Under the pieces are notes generated by a model that was not told the DNA's origin, ran no database searches, and saw only the letters and a program-made list of their open reading frames with translations. This document shows, piece after piece, positions 9,318 to 18,188 of a stretch of 64,000 bases of DNA. Each line of letters starts with the position of its first letter. Position 1 is the stretch's first letter. The position numbers and the translations under genes are program-made. Origin of the DNA: Candidatus Marinacidobacterales bacterium (GTDB lineage: Bacteria; Acidobacteriota; Vicinamibacteria; Marinacidobacterales; DATDRI01); contig OZ245365.1 of the NCBI GenBank assembly GCA_965226495.1, positions 4,448,001 to 4,512,000 of the forward strand, written 5' to 3'.

Positions 9318-10307
9318 TTAGGTCCTGAAACTCACGCGAAGCGTGACGGGTACTTTAGGAACCTCGAGATTCACGCGCGGAGGGCCGTCCCCGCTGACCA
9401 CCGGTACCTGAAACTCGACGACGACACTGTGTACGCCGCGCCCTTTGACCAGAGTCACGAAACGATCGCCTTTCACCAGAATCGGAGCGTCCTTCCCATC
9501 AACCTTCAGGTTGCTCATCGTCACGCTTTGCGGCAAAAGAGAAAGAGTCGCCGTCTCGTCGCTGAAGAGCTCGACGCTGAGTTTTCCTGACCAGTCCACG
9601 GCGTTCCCGACCAGACGGCCGGAATAGCTCGCTCGGCTGATGGTGTGTCCTGTCCGAGCGGGCGTCCGCCAGGAAATCTGCACGCCGGATGTCGTGGGGA
9701 TCGTCGCACTGACTCTCGTGGTGTTGCCGCTTGGGGAGATTTGGACTCCCGCTGCGGGGATGAGAGCCACGTCGAGCCCAGTGCCGGGAAGACTCGCCGT
9801 CAACTGAGTGGCTGCCGCTTGGGGCAGGGGCACCGCCAAGGAGAAGCCGGCGTCGGAGCGCATCGCATCGACGCGGTACAAGAGGTTCATAGTGTAAGAA
9901 CCCGATTTCTTGGTGCTCCACGCGAGTCCGTCGGGTGTCGCGAGCAACTGGATAGGGTTCCCTCCAATCGTGGCGGCTTCGACCGGAGTGCCGGCGGGTA
10001 GGACCGGTACGAGGACCCAATCGTCTTCCAAGACGTCGATCGTGAGGTCGACCCGGATCTGTCCGCTGACGCGAGGCTCAGTGGCCGCGACTTGAACGGA
10101 GACTCTTGCATTACCCAGCGCGTAGCTGGCGGGCGCCAGACGCGGTAGCCGCGACGGGTCGCGCGACTTCTCGAGCAATGCCTTGTAGACCTCGAGCGGA
10201 AGCTGAACCTGCCCGGTCTTGTCATCTTCCACTTGTACTGCTTCCGCTGCCAGGCCCAGTGAGGGAAAGAGCAGCAAGAAAGCCAGCAAGAGTGTTTGGG
10301 TCTTCAT
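9318..10307 (-). CDS. Secreted hypothetical protein (probably the N-terminal part of a split gene)
   Basis: Clear signal peptide MKTQTLLLAFLLLFPSLGLA; GAGG RBS; beta-rich; ends abruptly at VPKVPVTLRVSFRT. Confidence 0.8.
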   Translation of the reverse strand: MKTQTLLLAFLLLFPSLGLAAEAVQVEDDKTGQVQLPLEVYKALLEKSRDPSRLPRLAPASYALGNARVSVQVAATEPRVSGQIRVDLTIDVLEDDWVLVPVLPAGTPVEAATIGGNPIQLLATPDGLAWSTKKSGSYTMNLLYRVDAMRSDAGFSLAVPLPQAAATQLTASLPGTGLDVALIPAAGVQISPSGNTTRVSATIPTTSGVQISWRTPARTGHTISRASYSGRLVGNAVDWSGKLSVELFSDETATLSLLPQSVTMSNLKVDGKDAPILVKGDRFVTLVKGRGVHSVVVEFQVPVVSGDGPPRVNLEVPKVPVTLRVSFRT

Positions 10308-10349
10308 CGTCGTTACCTCGTGTCGTTAGTTGCCTGCGACAACCTCACG

Positions 10350-12911
10350 CTAGTTAATCGGCGGTTGGGGCTGTACCTTCAATCGAGCTGCATAACGCAG
10401 CGAGTCCGACAAATAATTCCGTGGTCCTGGCTGCTCCACCACCTGCGTGCCGAGGAGCGTCGTGTATTCGTTCAGCATCGCGATGTCGCGGGCTAGATCT
10501 CCATTTTGAAGTCCTGGGAGCTCCAGACGGAGTCCCGTCAACAAACCGTTAAACTCCGTCAAGAGGCGCGTGGCTTCGGCTTGATTCGCTTGAGCGAGCG
10601 CAACCCCCGCCTCCTCGAGAACCGCGGACAGGCGCTGGGCGAGTAAGTTCTTCAGCACGTTGTACTCGAGGGGTCCGGCTGCCTTTTGTTGGCGTTCGAG
10701 CGCGAGGCGAGCTCGCGACACTCCGTTTCGCAGGAAAGCTAGATCCTTGTACCGAACGGTCACATCGGCGATGGCCCCTGGCCCGGAAGCCACCACGTCG
10801 AGCACGATGGCATGTTCATCGCCGGCGTAGAAATTGGGAATCACGATCTGGATACCCTCTTCATCCTCGCCGCGATCGGCTTCGATGCCGAGGTTGCGCG
10901 ACAGTCGGAGGTCGACACTTTGTTCGGCTTCTCGGACCTTTTGCGCCCGGACTTCGTCCAGCCGTTCCGAGCCAAGCACGTCTACCAACTTGACGCCGCG
11001 CGCCAATCGGATCCGCAAGCGAACGGCTCTCGCAACGACACGACTCGCGGCAGAAAGCTCCAGGTCGACCAGACCCGCCGCCTCCGAACCGAGCTCCAAC
11101 AAGCGGCGGTTTCCCTGACCGGCAAGCGCCACGCGCTCGAGCTCGTTCGGGGTGACATTGCCTCCCACTCCCACGACGCTCAAGGGAATCCCAGCCACCG
11201 CACTCTGATGGGCGAGACCCGAGAGCGTCCCGGTCGCGTCGCCGAGGGACTGGCTCGTGACCAAAAGTACCAGGCTGCTGCCTAGAACAGCGGTAGGGTC
11301 GTCGTCTTGGTTGACGCTCTGGATCGCCTTCGCGGCAGCGCCGGCGAGTGTCAGCGTTGGGTCATCAAAAGGCGCGACAGACTCTGCAGGCCCGAAGAAT
11401 CGGTTCCATGTAACGGCGATGGTCCCGTGACGAAAGTCGTCCGGTTCCAACACCAAGCCTCCGGGGCGGCCTGCGACGACGAGCCGGAATCGATCTCCGA
11501 GCTCCTTGGCCTCGTTGAGCGCCAGAAGTAAAGCGCGCATGCTCGCGGCTATGTCCACTGGAATCTCACCGCGCAAATCGAGAACGACTCCGACGTTCAT
11601 CGCCGGACGGCGCCCGGCGTGCCGCTCGATGGCCTTGAGGCCAATCTGCACCAAGAAGCGATTCTCCCCGGAGAGTCCCCGCCGATCTGCGTGCAGGTAG
11701 ACGGCCACTGCCGCATTGTCCGGGGAGTCAAAAGGCTGAGGCGTCGGCCGCACCGCGTTGTGAAGGCGAAGTGGTGTCGTTGTGTAGGACGCGAGAGCCG
11801 CAGGGTCATATTGCCGTAGACGTGCCTGGAGAAACCGCGTTGCGGGATCACCAGGTAGATAGGTATTGGCCCAGTAGCCCTTGGCGTCCTTGAACGTGAG
11901 GCCGTCGAGCGAAGCTCGTTCGGCGAGAAAGGCCAGCGCCGCTTCGCGGGGCACTGCACCACTCAGACCAAACTGGTCATCGCCTCCAACGCTTTGGCCA
12001 ACGCCGACGGCTTCGCCAGACTTGAGTCGACTCTTCTTGCCGATGGATTCAGTGAGACTGGTCTCTCCGGTTGTCGTGACGATCTCGTCCTTAGAGTCAA
12101 CCGAGCCCTTGGTGGGGGCGTTTTCAAACCCGCCCCGATAGTAGGATCGCGAGCGGCGGTCAGCGAATTCGACGCGTCCGCCTGCGACGCCCGCAATATC
12201 GGAATCGCGCTTGTCAAAGAACTCTCGTTCCTCATCGGAGGTGTCGGAATACCGTTCGCCCGACGCTCTCGGCGGCTGTGTATCGCTCGGCTTCAGAGCC
12301 AGAGTTGGGACCGAGCTCGAGGGTTTCTTGTTCAACTTCTGTTCTTTAAACGACGGTCGAGGTGGCTGGGTGGCTGGAAGACTCTTGAGCGCATCAACTC
12401 TCGCCTCACCGCGCCCGCCTTCGCGATGAGCCTCTTGCTCGGTCGGGGAGAAGTGTCGTGCCGCAAGACGCTTTCTCTCTTGATCGTCTTTCTCTTGGCG
12501 GTTCCGTTGGACCATGTTCGCAACTTCCGGTTCTCTCGAATAACTAGATCGCCCCCTAGTAAGCAAGCTCATCATAGAAGCCATCGCTACTCCCGCAACG
12601 ACCGCAGCAGCAGCGACGCCGGCCCATCGAACCCGGCCAGAGGAATGAGCTCGTTCCGGTCTCGTCGGGGTTACGCTTACGTCGCCGCTCTCGCGAAGCT
12701 CCGGCCTCGCGAGAAGTTTCTCGACGACATCACTAGGGGCGTCGACCACGGGCATTTCCCGCAAGCTGTCGTTCAGCTCGCTAAGCGTCTCGAGGAAGGA
12801 AAAGCACTCGGTGCATTCCTTGAGATGCTGCTGTGCTCCCTCGTTCTCACGGACGGCCTGCGGCCCCTCGGCAGCGAGCATGTCCTGCAATTCTTTGCAG
12901 ATGGATTTCAT
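10350..12911 (-). CDS. Zinc-binding anti-sigma (ZAS) - TM - low-complexity linker - vWA-like domain fusion
   Basis: Start at 12911 with ATGA overlap on the sigma stop; HLKECTEC (HxxxCxxC); TM WAGVAAAAVVAGVAMASMMSLL; vWA-like RPAMNVGVVLD...LVLLVTS...LSVVGVG...LAGQGN. Confidence 0.8.
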   Translation of the reverse strand: MKSICKELQDMLAAEGPQAVRENEGAQQHLKECTECFSFLETLSELNDSLREMPVVDAPSDVVEKLLARPELRESGDVSVTPTRPERAHSSGRVRWAGVAAAAVVAGVAMASMMSLLTRGRSSYSREPEVANMVQRNRQEKDDQERKRLAARHFSPTEQEAHREGGRGEARVDALKSLPATQPPRPSFKEQKLNKKPSSSVPTLALKPSDTQPPRASGERYSDTSDEEREFFDKRDSDIAGVAGGRVEFADRRSRSYYRGGFENAPTKGSVDSKDEIVTTTGETSLTESIGKKSRLKSGEAVGVGQSVGGDDQFGLSGAVPREAALAFLAERASLDGLTFKDAKGYWANTYLPGDPATRFLQARLRQYDPAALASYTTTPLRLHNAVRPTPQPFDSPDNAAVAVYLHADRRGLSGENRFLVQIGLKAIERHAGRRPAMNVGVVLDLRGEIPVDIAASMRALLLALNEAKELGDRFRLVVAGRPGGLVLEPDDFRHGTIAVTWNRFFGPAESVAPFDDPTLTLAGAAAKAIQSVNQDDDPTAVLGSSLVLLVTSQSLGDATGTLSGLAHQSAVAGIPLSVVGVGGNVTPNELERVALAGQGNRRLLELGSEAAGLVDLELSAASRVVARAVRLRIRLARGVKLVDVLGSERLDEVRAQKVREAEQSVDLRLSRNLGIEADRGEDEEGIQIVIPNFYAGDEHAIVLDVVASGPGAIADVTVRYKDLAFLRNGVSRARLALERQQKAAGPLEYNVLKNLLAQRLSAVLEEAGVALAQANQAEATRLLTEFNGLLTGLRLELPGLQNGDLARDIAMLNEYTTLLGTQVVEQPGPRNYLSDSLRYAARLKVQPQPPIN

Positions 12912-13564
12912 GAGGATTCCCTTTGCAAGACGGCATTGCGCCGCGCCAACTTGTCGACGAGCGTGAGGCGAGCGCGCCTCAAGTGGGTCTTGACTGTGTT
13001 GAGTGGCAGTTCCAGCGCGGCGGCGATATCTTTTTGCGCCAAGTTCTCGATACACGCGAGCACGAGGACCTCACGCTGCATGAGAGGAAGTTTACGGATC
13101 TCTTCCTCGAGCCACGTCGCCATTTGCCTTGCAACGGCCACGCGTTCTCCGTCGGGCGCCGGATCCGGAACCTCTCGCCGTGACTCCATGAAAACAAGCT
13201 CTTTGACTCGCTGCTTGCGGTGATGCGTTCGCACGGTGTTGGCCACGATCGTGAAAAGCCACGGATGGAGAGGACGCTCGCTCTGAAATTGCCCTGCCGC
13301 ACGATGCACCTTGATGAAAATGTCTTGGAACACGTCGTCTCGATCCGATTCCCCGACCCCACACCGAACGAGGTACGAGTAAACGGGCGCTCGGTACCTG
13401 GCTACGAGTTTTGGGAAGGCGGAGGCATCGCCATCACGGTGGCGTAGGAGGAGCTCTCGCTCGTCCGATAGGCCGCGCTCGCTCCGCGCCGCCGCGTTCG
13501 CTTCCTGGATCATCGCCTCACCATAGGTCTCGACAGTCTCAACAGGCTCAACGGGCCCCCGCAT
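12908..13564 (-). CDS. ECF (sigma-70 group 4) RNA polymerase sigma factor
   Basis: Region 2 DDVFQDIFIKVH...WLFTIVANTVR; region 4 LPLMQREVLVL...KDIAAALELPLNTVKTHLRRAR; start is 13564 or 13513. Confidence 0.93.
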   Translation of the reverse strand: MRGPVEPVETVETYGEAMIQEANAAARSERGLSDERELLLRHRDGDASAFPKLVARYRAPVYSYLVRCGVGESDRDDVFQDIFIKVHRAAGQFQSERPLHPWLFTIVANTVRTHHRKQRVKELVFMESRREVPDPAPDGERVAVARQMATWLEEEIRKLPLMQREVLVLACIENLAQKDIAAALELPLNTVKTHLRRARLTLVDKLARRNAVLQRESS

Positions 13565-13577
13565 ATCTACTGAGGCA

Positions 13578-13603
13578 TACAAACCAAAGCCGGAAAGGTT
13601 TCA
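13578..13603 (-). promoter_or_regulatory. ECF-type autoregulatory promoter
   Basis: Minus strand TGAAAC-N16-TGTA, one mismatch from the SigW-type consensus TGAAAC-N16-CGTA, immediately upstream of the ECF gene. Confidence 0.6.
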
Positions 13604-13729
13604 GGAAAAACTGGGTTTTTCGGGATTTCTTCTATGGTAACACGTTACCGGAGAGGGCTATAGGCTTGTAAGGTATTGAAGAACAACGCCTTATAAAGAA
13701 TCGTACCGGCTTCGCTTTGAACGCCGGAT

Positions 13730-13978
13730 TTATCCACCAGCGAATTGGGGACCTAACACGGAGTCAAGCAGGCTTAGGAGCTCCCGGCTGCTGCCTACAT
13801 AGAGGACGATGACCTTGCCGAATTTGTAGAAGTGCGGAGTGGAAACCCAATTGATGATCGTCGTACCCACTGAGGAACCGTCCGGTGAGACACGAGCTCC
13901 TTCTCCCTGAGCCGCCGCCGCGTTCTCATACTCGAGCGTAACGTTTCTCGACGAGGCTGAACGCCAAGCGCTATCCAC
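13730..13978 (-). pseudogene. C-terminal remnant of a conserved small (lipo)protein
   Basis: EYENAAAA...SPDGSSVGTTIINWVSTPHFYK.GKVIVLYVG...LGPQFAG looks like a real C-terminal domain, but there is no signal peptide, RBS or plausible N-terminus. Confidence 0.55.
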
Positions 13979-14247
13979 ACCCGACAGTCAAGCGTGTCCG
14001 GCGACTTCTTTTCCGTCCGGACGAAGGACGTGGCCCTGCAAGAATGAAGATCGTTGAGAAAAATAATTCATTTTTGGCTTGACAGCCTTTTCGAAGCGAC
14101 ATTAAAAACATGGGAGGTCCGATCTGGAGTGGGTCTGTACGCGCGATAAAGAAACCACAGTCACTCGCGTTTGCTTTGATAGACGTCGAAAGTGTCTCGC
14201 TGCGTGCGCGTGCAACACGGGCGTGCACAGAGCGTCGAAAAAGTCCA

Positions 14248-14262
14248 TGCTATAAATGGCGT
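14248..14262 (+). promoter_or_regulatory. Extended -10 promoter, probably giving a leaderless HNH transcript
   Basis: TGcTATAAA, then 6 nt, then ATG 14263; no Shine-Dalgarno sequence. Confidence 0.45.
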
Positions 14263-15549
14263 ATGAACAAAAAAGACGAATTGAAATCGCTTTCCCGACT
14301 ATCGGATGACGAGCTTCTTGTTCGACTGTCGAAGGTTTTGAAACAGTCGCGGCGTGTCGAGTCGGTTCTCGTTGCCCATATCGCCGAAGTCGATGCACGC
14401 CGACTGTTTGCCCGTGAAGCATCGTCATCGATGTTTCAGTATTGCGTCGACGTGTTGCACTTGTCCGAGGCAGAAGCCTACCTACGGATAGCCGCCGCAC
14501 GTGCATCGCGCCGATATCCGGCGCTGCTGACGATGCTCGACGATGGGCGTCTTCACTTGAGTGGCATTGCGGTGCTGGCGCCGCATCTTACCGACGCCAA
14601 TTGCGAGGAGCTCTTGGCTCGAGCAACCCACAAGACCAAGCGCGAGCTCCTGCTGCTGGTGGCGGAGATTGAGCCGAAACCGGATGTCTTACCCTCCATC
14701 CGGAAGCTTCCGCAGCGGCGTCCGAAACCGGCAAACGAACACCGTACGTCAGGCGCCGAGAGTGCCCCGTCCGGCCCGTCTGGAAAAAGTAGTCCAGCCC
14801 CTGAACCCGAGCCCGCCCCGGCTCCCGAAACGGCTGACAAGCCGCCGGTCGTCGAGCCGCTGGCGCCTGCGCGCTACAGAGTGCAGTTCCCCGCGAGTGC
14901 CGAGCTTCACGACAAGCTCCAACGGCTCGCGGCGCTCATGCCGGGTGCCGACCTCGCTTCCATGATCGAAGCGTCGGTGACGGAGAAACTCGAACGGCTC
15001 GAGGCCAAGCGCCTCGGCAAAGTCAAAAATCCGAGAAAGAGCCTCGAAAACGCTGACACGTCGCCGGGAGCGCGCGGAATCCCCGCTCCGGTGAAGCGTT
15101 TCGTGTGGGCGCGCGATCAGGCTCAGTGCACGTTTGAGAGCAGCAATGGTAGACGATGTCCTGAGCGCCTAGGGCTGCAGTTCCATCACCACGATCCCTA
15201 CGGGCTCGGCGGCGATCGAAGTGCCGACAATGTCAGACTCTTGTGTCGTCCTCACAATCTCTACATGGCGGAGATGGACTACGGCAAAGACAAAATGGAG
15301 GAGTACCGGCGTTCCGCCGACCGGGTCGGTGAACCGAAGCCGTCGTTTCCACTCTTTCCGGACAGAGCTCAAGAAACGCCGCCCCTTCGTGCTGCCCTGC
15401 AACTCGCAACGAAGGAAGGAAGCCATCATCTCGTCGGGACGAGGCGCTCCAGCTCCCCGAACCAGTTGAGGACGACGTTGATTTGCGTGGGTCCCGAGCT
15501 CTCTTCGGCTCGAACCATCAGAAACCTGCCATCCGGCGCTACGTCGTAG
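14263..15549 (+). CDS. HNH endonuclease with DUF222-like N-terminal helical region
   Basis: N-terminal LSDDELL...LVAHIAEVDARRLF...SSMFQYC; C-terminal VWARDQAQC...RC...FHHHDPYGLGG...NVRLLCRPHN; tail runs 124 bp antisense into the kinase gene. Confidence 0.85.
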   Translation: MNKKDELKSLSRLSDDELLVRLSKVLKQSRRVESVLVAHIAEVDARRLFAREASSSMFQYCVDVLHLSEAEAYLRIAAARASRRYPALLTMLDDGRLHLSGIAVLAPHLTDANCEELLARATHKTKRELLLLVAEIEPKPDVLPSIRKLPQRRPKPANEHRTSGAESAPSGPSGKSSPAPEPEPAPAPETADKPPVVEPLAPARYRVQFPASAELHDKLQRLAALMPGADLASMIEASVTEKLERLEAKRLGKVKNPRKSLENADTSPGARGIPAPVKRFVWARDQAQCTFESSNGRRCPERLGLQFHHHDPYGLGGDRSADNVRLLCRPHNLYMAEMDYGKDKMEEYRRSADRVGEPKPSFPLFPDRAQETPPLRAALQLATKEGSHHLVGTRRSSSPNQLRTTLICVGPELSSARTIRNLPSGATS

Positions 15550-18086
15550 CCGGTGGCGGGGTTTCCAGTCGACAAGCCCGATCGGTAACGAGGTCCCTCA
15601 AACAGCAAAATGGGTTTCCCTGGCGCAAGCTGCGGCTCCGTCGCGATGGCGACCGCCATCATCTTGTCGACAATCCGGTAGAAGAGCTCCCCGCCGTCGC
15701 GGGACCACATGGGCTCCGCGCCGCCCCCGGTCGATATCTGTAGCTTGCCTCCGGGGTCGGGAAAGGCAGTGACGTAGACTTCTTCTCGACCGGACTCGTT
15801 GGAGACATAAGCCAGCCAGCGATCGTCGGGTGAGAGCATCCCGGTGTGCTCGTCGAAAGGCGTCTCAAGGAGCATCTCCGGCTCCCGTTCCTCCTCTAGG
15901 CGCACCATCCCGATGTCGCGGCCCGTTGTGTCACTATGTTGTCTGAAGACGATCGTCTTCCCATCCGATGAGATCGATGTGGGTATCCGGTAGGCCCCCG
16001 TCGTCAGTTGCTCGGCGGTGCCGCTTCCGTTCGCGGCCTTTGAGAAGATATGAAAGTTGTCCTCCCGATTAGAGGCAAAGATGACCCGCTCACCGTCTGG
16101 CGACCAGAGGGGCCTCAAATTGAGGCCCTGTCCGAAGGTCAGTCGGGTCAACGTGCCGCGCCCCAGCTCCAGCAGCCAGGTGTCATAGCCGTTGGCATCC
16201 AAGATAGCGACGGCGAGACGCTGGCCGTCCGGTGAGAGGCGAGGATCCAAATACGTCCACAAAGCTTCCGCCGCAGGTAGCTCCACTCCTTGCCGATCGA
16301 CCCAGACCAGCTTGCTCCCGCCCCCAGCACCGACGCCCGACACATAGGCAAGCGATCCATCGTCGGCCACCGCGAATTGCGCCTCACCTACGCCGGAGCG
16401 TCGAATACCTTCGATGACAGGACTGGGCTCTCCGGTCGGCTCGATGCGGTCGGCATCAAATGGCATGGCAAAGAGTGTGGCCCCGCGGGCAAAGAGCAAG
16501 TGGCCCGAGGAAGCGTAGCGCGGATAGGCGCCGCCCCGGTGCAAGACTTTCCTTTCGCCCGTCTCGAGGAGAACCGCTTCGAGGATCCCGTCGTCGAACG
16601 TCCCGCCTTGCGGCCTCATGAAAAGCACAGCCTTCCCATTCGGGAGAAACCACGGCCAGCGGTGGGTGAGCTCGCCTTCGTTCAACTGCGTGAGCTCTAC
16701 CGGAGTCCCGCCGGAAGCAGGCACGCGGTAGAGCCCGGTCGTGCCTGTCGGGGTATAGACGATCGTATCGTCGGGTCCCCAGGTGCCGCCGCGGAGGCTC
16801 GACGCCTCTGCAATGGTGAGCACCGCACCACCACCGACCGACACTTTCTTCATAACACCGGCAGCGAAAAACGCCAGCCAGCGACCGTCGGGCGAAAAGA
16901 AAGGCAAGTAGGCGCCTTCCGTGTCGCTGAGCGGTGTGGCTTCCAGGTTGTCGAGCGTCCGGATGTAAAGCTGAGTATTCACACCGGGCATCTGGCCAAC
17001 GAAGGCCAGCATCTGACCGTCTGGAGAAAGCACCGGCGTCCCGCCCACTCCCGTGTATAGTTGACTGTCGCCCGCCCCGAAATTCAACGAAAACCGCACC
17101 GGCGGATCAGGAGTGCTTCCGGATGGCCACAAGATCCACAGTGTCGCGGCGAAGGCGACGGCGAAGAAACCTGCCAGAGCCCACGCGAGCCTGGGAGCCG
17201 GTGCCTTGACCGCCTCGTGTGCCTCGGTCGGCTCGCCGAGGATTTCCTGAATCTCGACGCGAACGTCCCCGATAGATTGGCGACGGTCTTTGCGATCTTT
17301 CCTGAGACACCGGCGCAGGAGGTTCTGGATCCGCGGGTCGACATCTGAAACCGCCTTCCAATCAGGCTCCGTCTTGAGAATGCTCGCCAGAACGTCCGAG
17401 ACGTCATCGCCGCCGAACGCCTTCCGTCCCGTCAACATCTCGTAGAGCACGATACCGAAGGAGAAGATGTCGCTGCGTTTATCAACCGCTTTGCCTTTCG
17501 CCTGCTCCGGGCTCATGTAAGCCGCGGTGCCCAGAATCACACCCGCCCGCGTCGCATCCCGGCTGAGTGTCGGAGAAAAAGAGGAATCACTGTCGCTCGT
17601 TTCTTCCGTGAAGGCCTTGGCCAGTCCGAAGTCCAGCACCTTCACTTGACCTTCGGGATTGACCTTGATGTTCGCGGGCTTCAGGTCGCGATGGATGATT
17701 CCTTTTTCGTGAGCCGCCTCCACCGCTTCCGCAATCTGTTGGCAAAGCGGAAGCGACTCATCGACGGCAATGGGCCCACGGGCAATCCGCTCGGCGAGAG
17801 TCTCACCCTCCACGAGCTCCATGGCCAAGAAGGGCTTGCCTTCGGCCTCCTCGACTCCATAGAGCGTGGCGATACCAGGATGATTAAGCGCTGCAAGGAG
17901 CTTTGCTTCTCGCTGGAAACGAGCCAGTTTTTCCGGATGTTGCGTGAACTCCTCGGGAAGGACTTTGATCGCGACCTCACGACCGAGCTTGCTGTCCCTG
18001 GCGCGATAGACCTCGGCCATGCCCCCGGCCCCGAGGGGTGAGAGGATCTCGTAGGGGCCTAACTTGGTGCCAGCTTCGAGTGCCAT
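15426..18086 (-). CDS. Ser/Thr protein kinase with TM helix and TolB-like (PD40) beta-propeller
   Basis: GAGGMAEVY, VAIK, HRDLKPANI, DFG, YMSPEQ; TM segment; many SPDG repeats; start MALEAGTKLG matches the paralog. Confidence 0.95.
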   Translation of the reverse strand: MALEAGTKLGPYEILSPLGAGGMAEVYRARDSKLGREVAIKVLPEEFTQHPEKLARFQREAKLLAALNHPGIATLYGVEEAEGKPFLAMELVEGETLAERIARGPIAVDESLPLCQQIAEAVEAAHEKGIIHRDLKPANIKVNPEGQVKVLDFGLAKAFTEETSDSDSSFSPTLSRDATRAGVILGTAAYMSPEQAKGKAVDKRSDIFSFGIVLYEMLTGRKAFGGDDVSDVLASILKTEPDWKAVSDVDPRIQNLLRRCLRKDRKDRRQSIGDVRVEIQEILGEPTEAHEAVKAPAPRLAWALAGFFAVAFAATLWILWPSGSTPDPPVRFSLNFGAGDSQLYTGVGGTPVLSPDGQMLAFVGQMPGVNTQLYIRTLDNLEATPLSDTEGAYLPFFSPDGRWLAFFAAGVMKKVSVGGGAVLTIAEASSLRGGTWGPDDTIVYTPTGTTGLYRVPASGGTPVELTQLNEGELTHRWPWFLPNGKAVLFMRPQGGTFDDGILEAVLLETGERKVLHRGGAYPRYASSGHLLFARGATLFAMPFDADRIEPTGEPSPVIEGIRRSGVGEAQFAVADDGSLAYVSGVGAGGGSKLVWVDRQGVELPAAEALWTYLDPRLSPDGQRLAVAILDANGYDTWLLELGRGTLTRLTFGQGLNLRPLWSPDGERVIFASNREDNFHIFSKAANGSGTAEQLTTGAYRIPTSISSDGKTIVFRQHSDTTGRDIGMVRLEEEREPEMLLETPFDEHTGMLSPDDRWLAYVSNESGREEVYVTAFPDPGGKLQISTGGGAEPMWSRDGGELFYRIVDKMMAVAIATEPQLAPGKPILLFEGPRYRSGLSTGNPATGYDVAPDGRFLMVRAEESSGPTQINVVLNWFGELERLVPTR

Positions 18087-18097
18087 CAGTCTCTTGC

Positions 18098-18188
18098 CCT
18101 CACCCGGCGTCTGACGTCGTCGATAGCAGCACGGAATCCGTTGACGCCCGACTTCTCCCAAAGGGAGAGGGATAACGGAAGGAAGCCA
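18098..18188. repeat. CCCTCACCC...CTCCC/GGGAGAGGG REP-like element
   Basis: CCCTCACCC at 18098, hairpin TCTCCC-AAA-GGGAGA and tail GGAAGGAAGC; related to 20852-20900 and 40120-40170. Confidence 0.6.

Noticed and set aside
13636-13649. Palindrome GGTAAC-AC-GTTACC upstream of the ECF promoter
   Set aside because: A single short occurrence with no cognate regulator nearby; could be chance.
14110-15549. HNH protein as Cas9, IscB or a group II intron maturase
   Set aside because: No RuvC, PLMP or reverse transcriptase motifs; only a helical N-terminal region, a Pro-rich linker and a C-terminal HNH.
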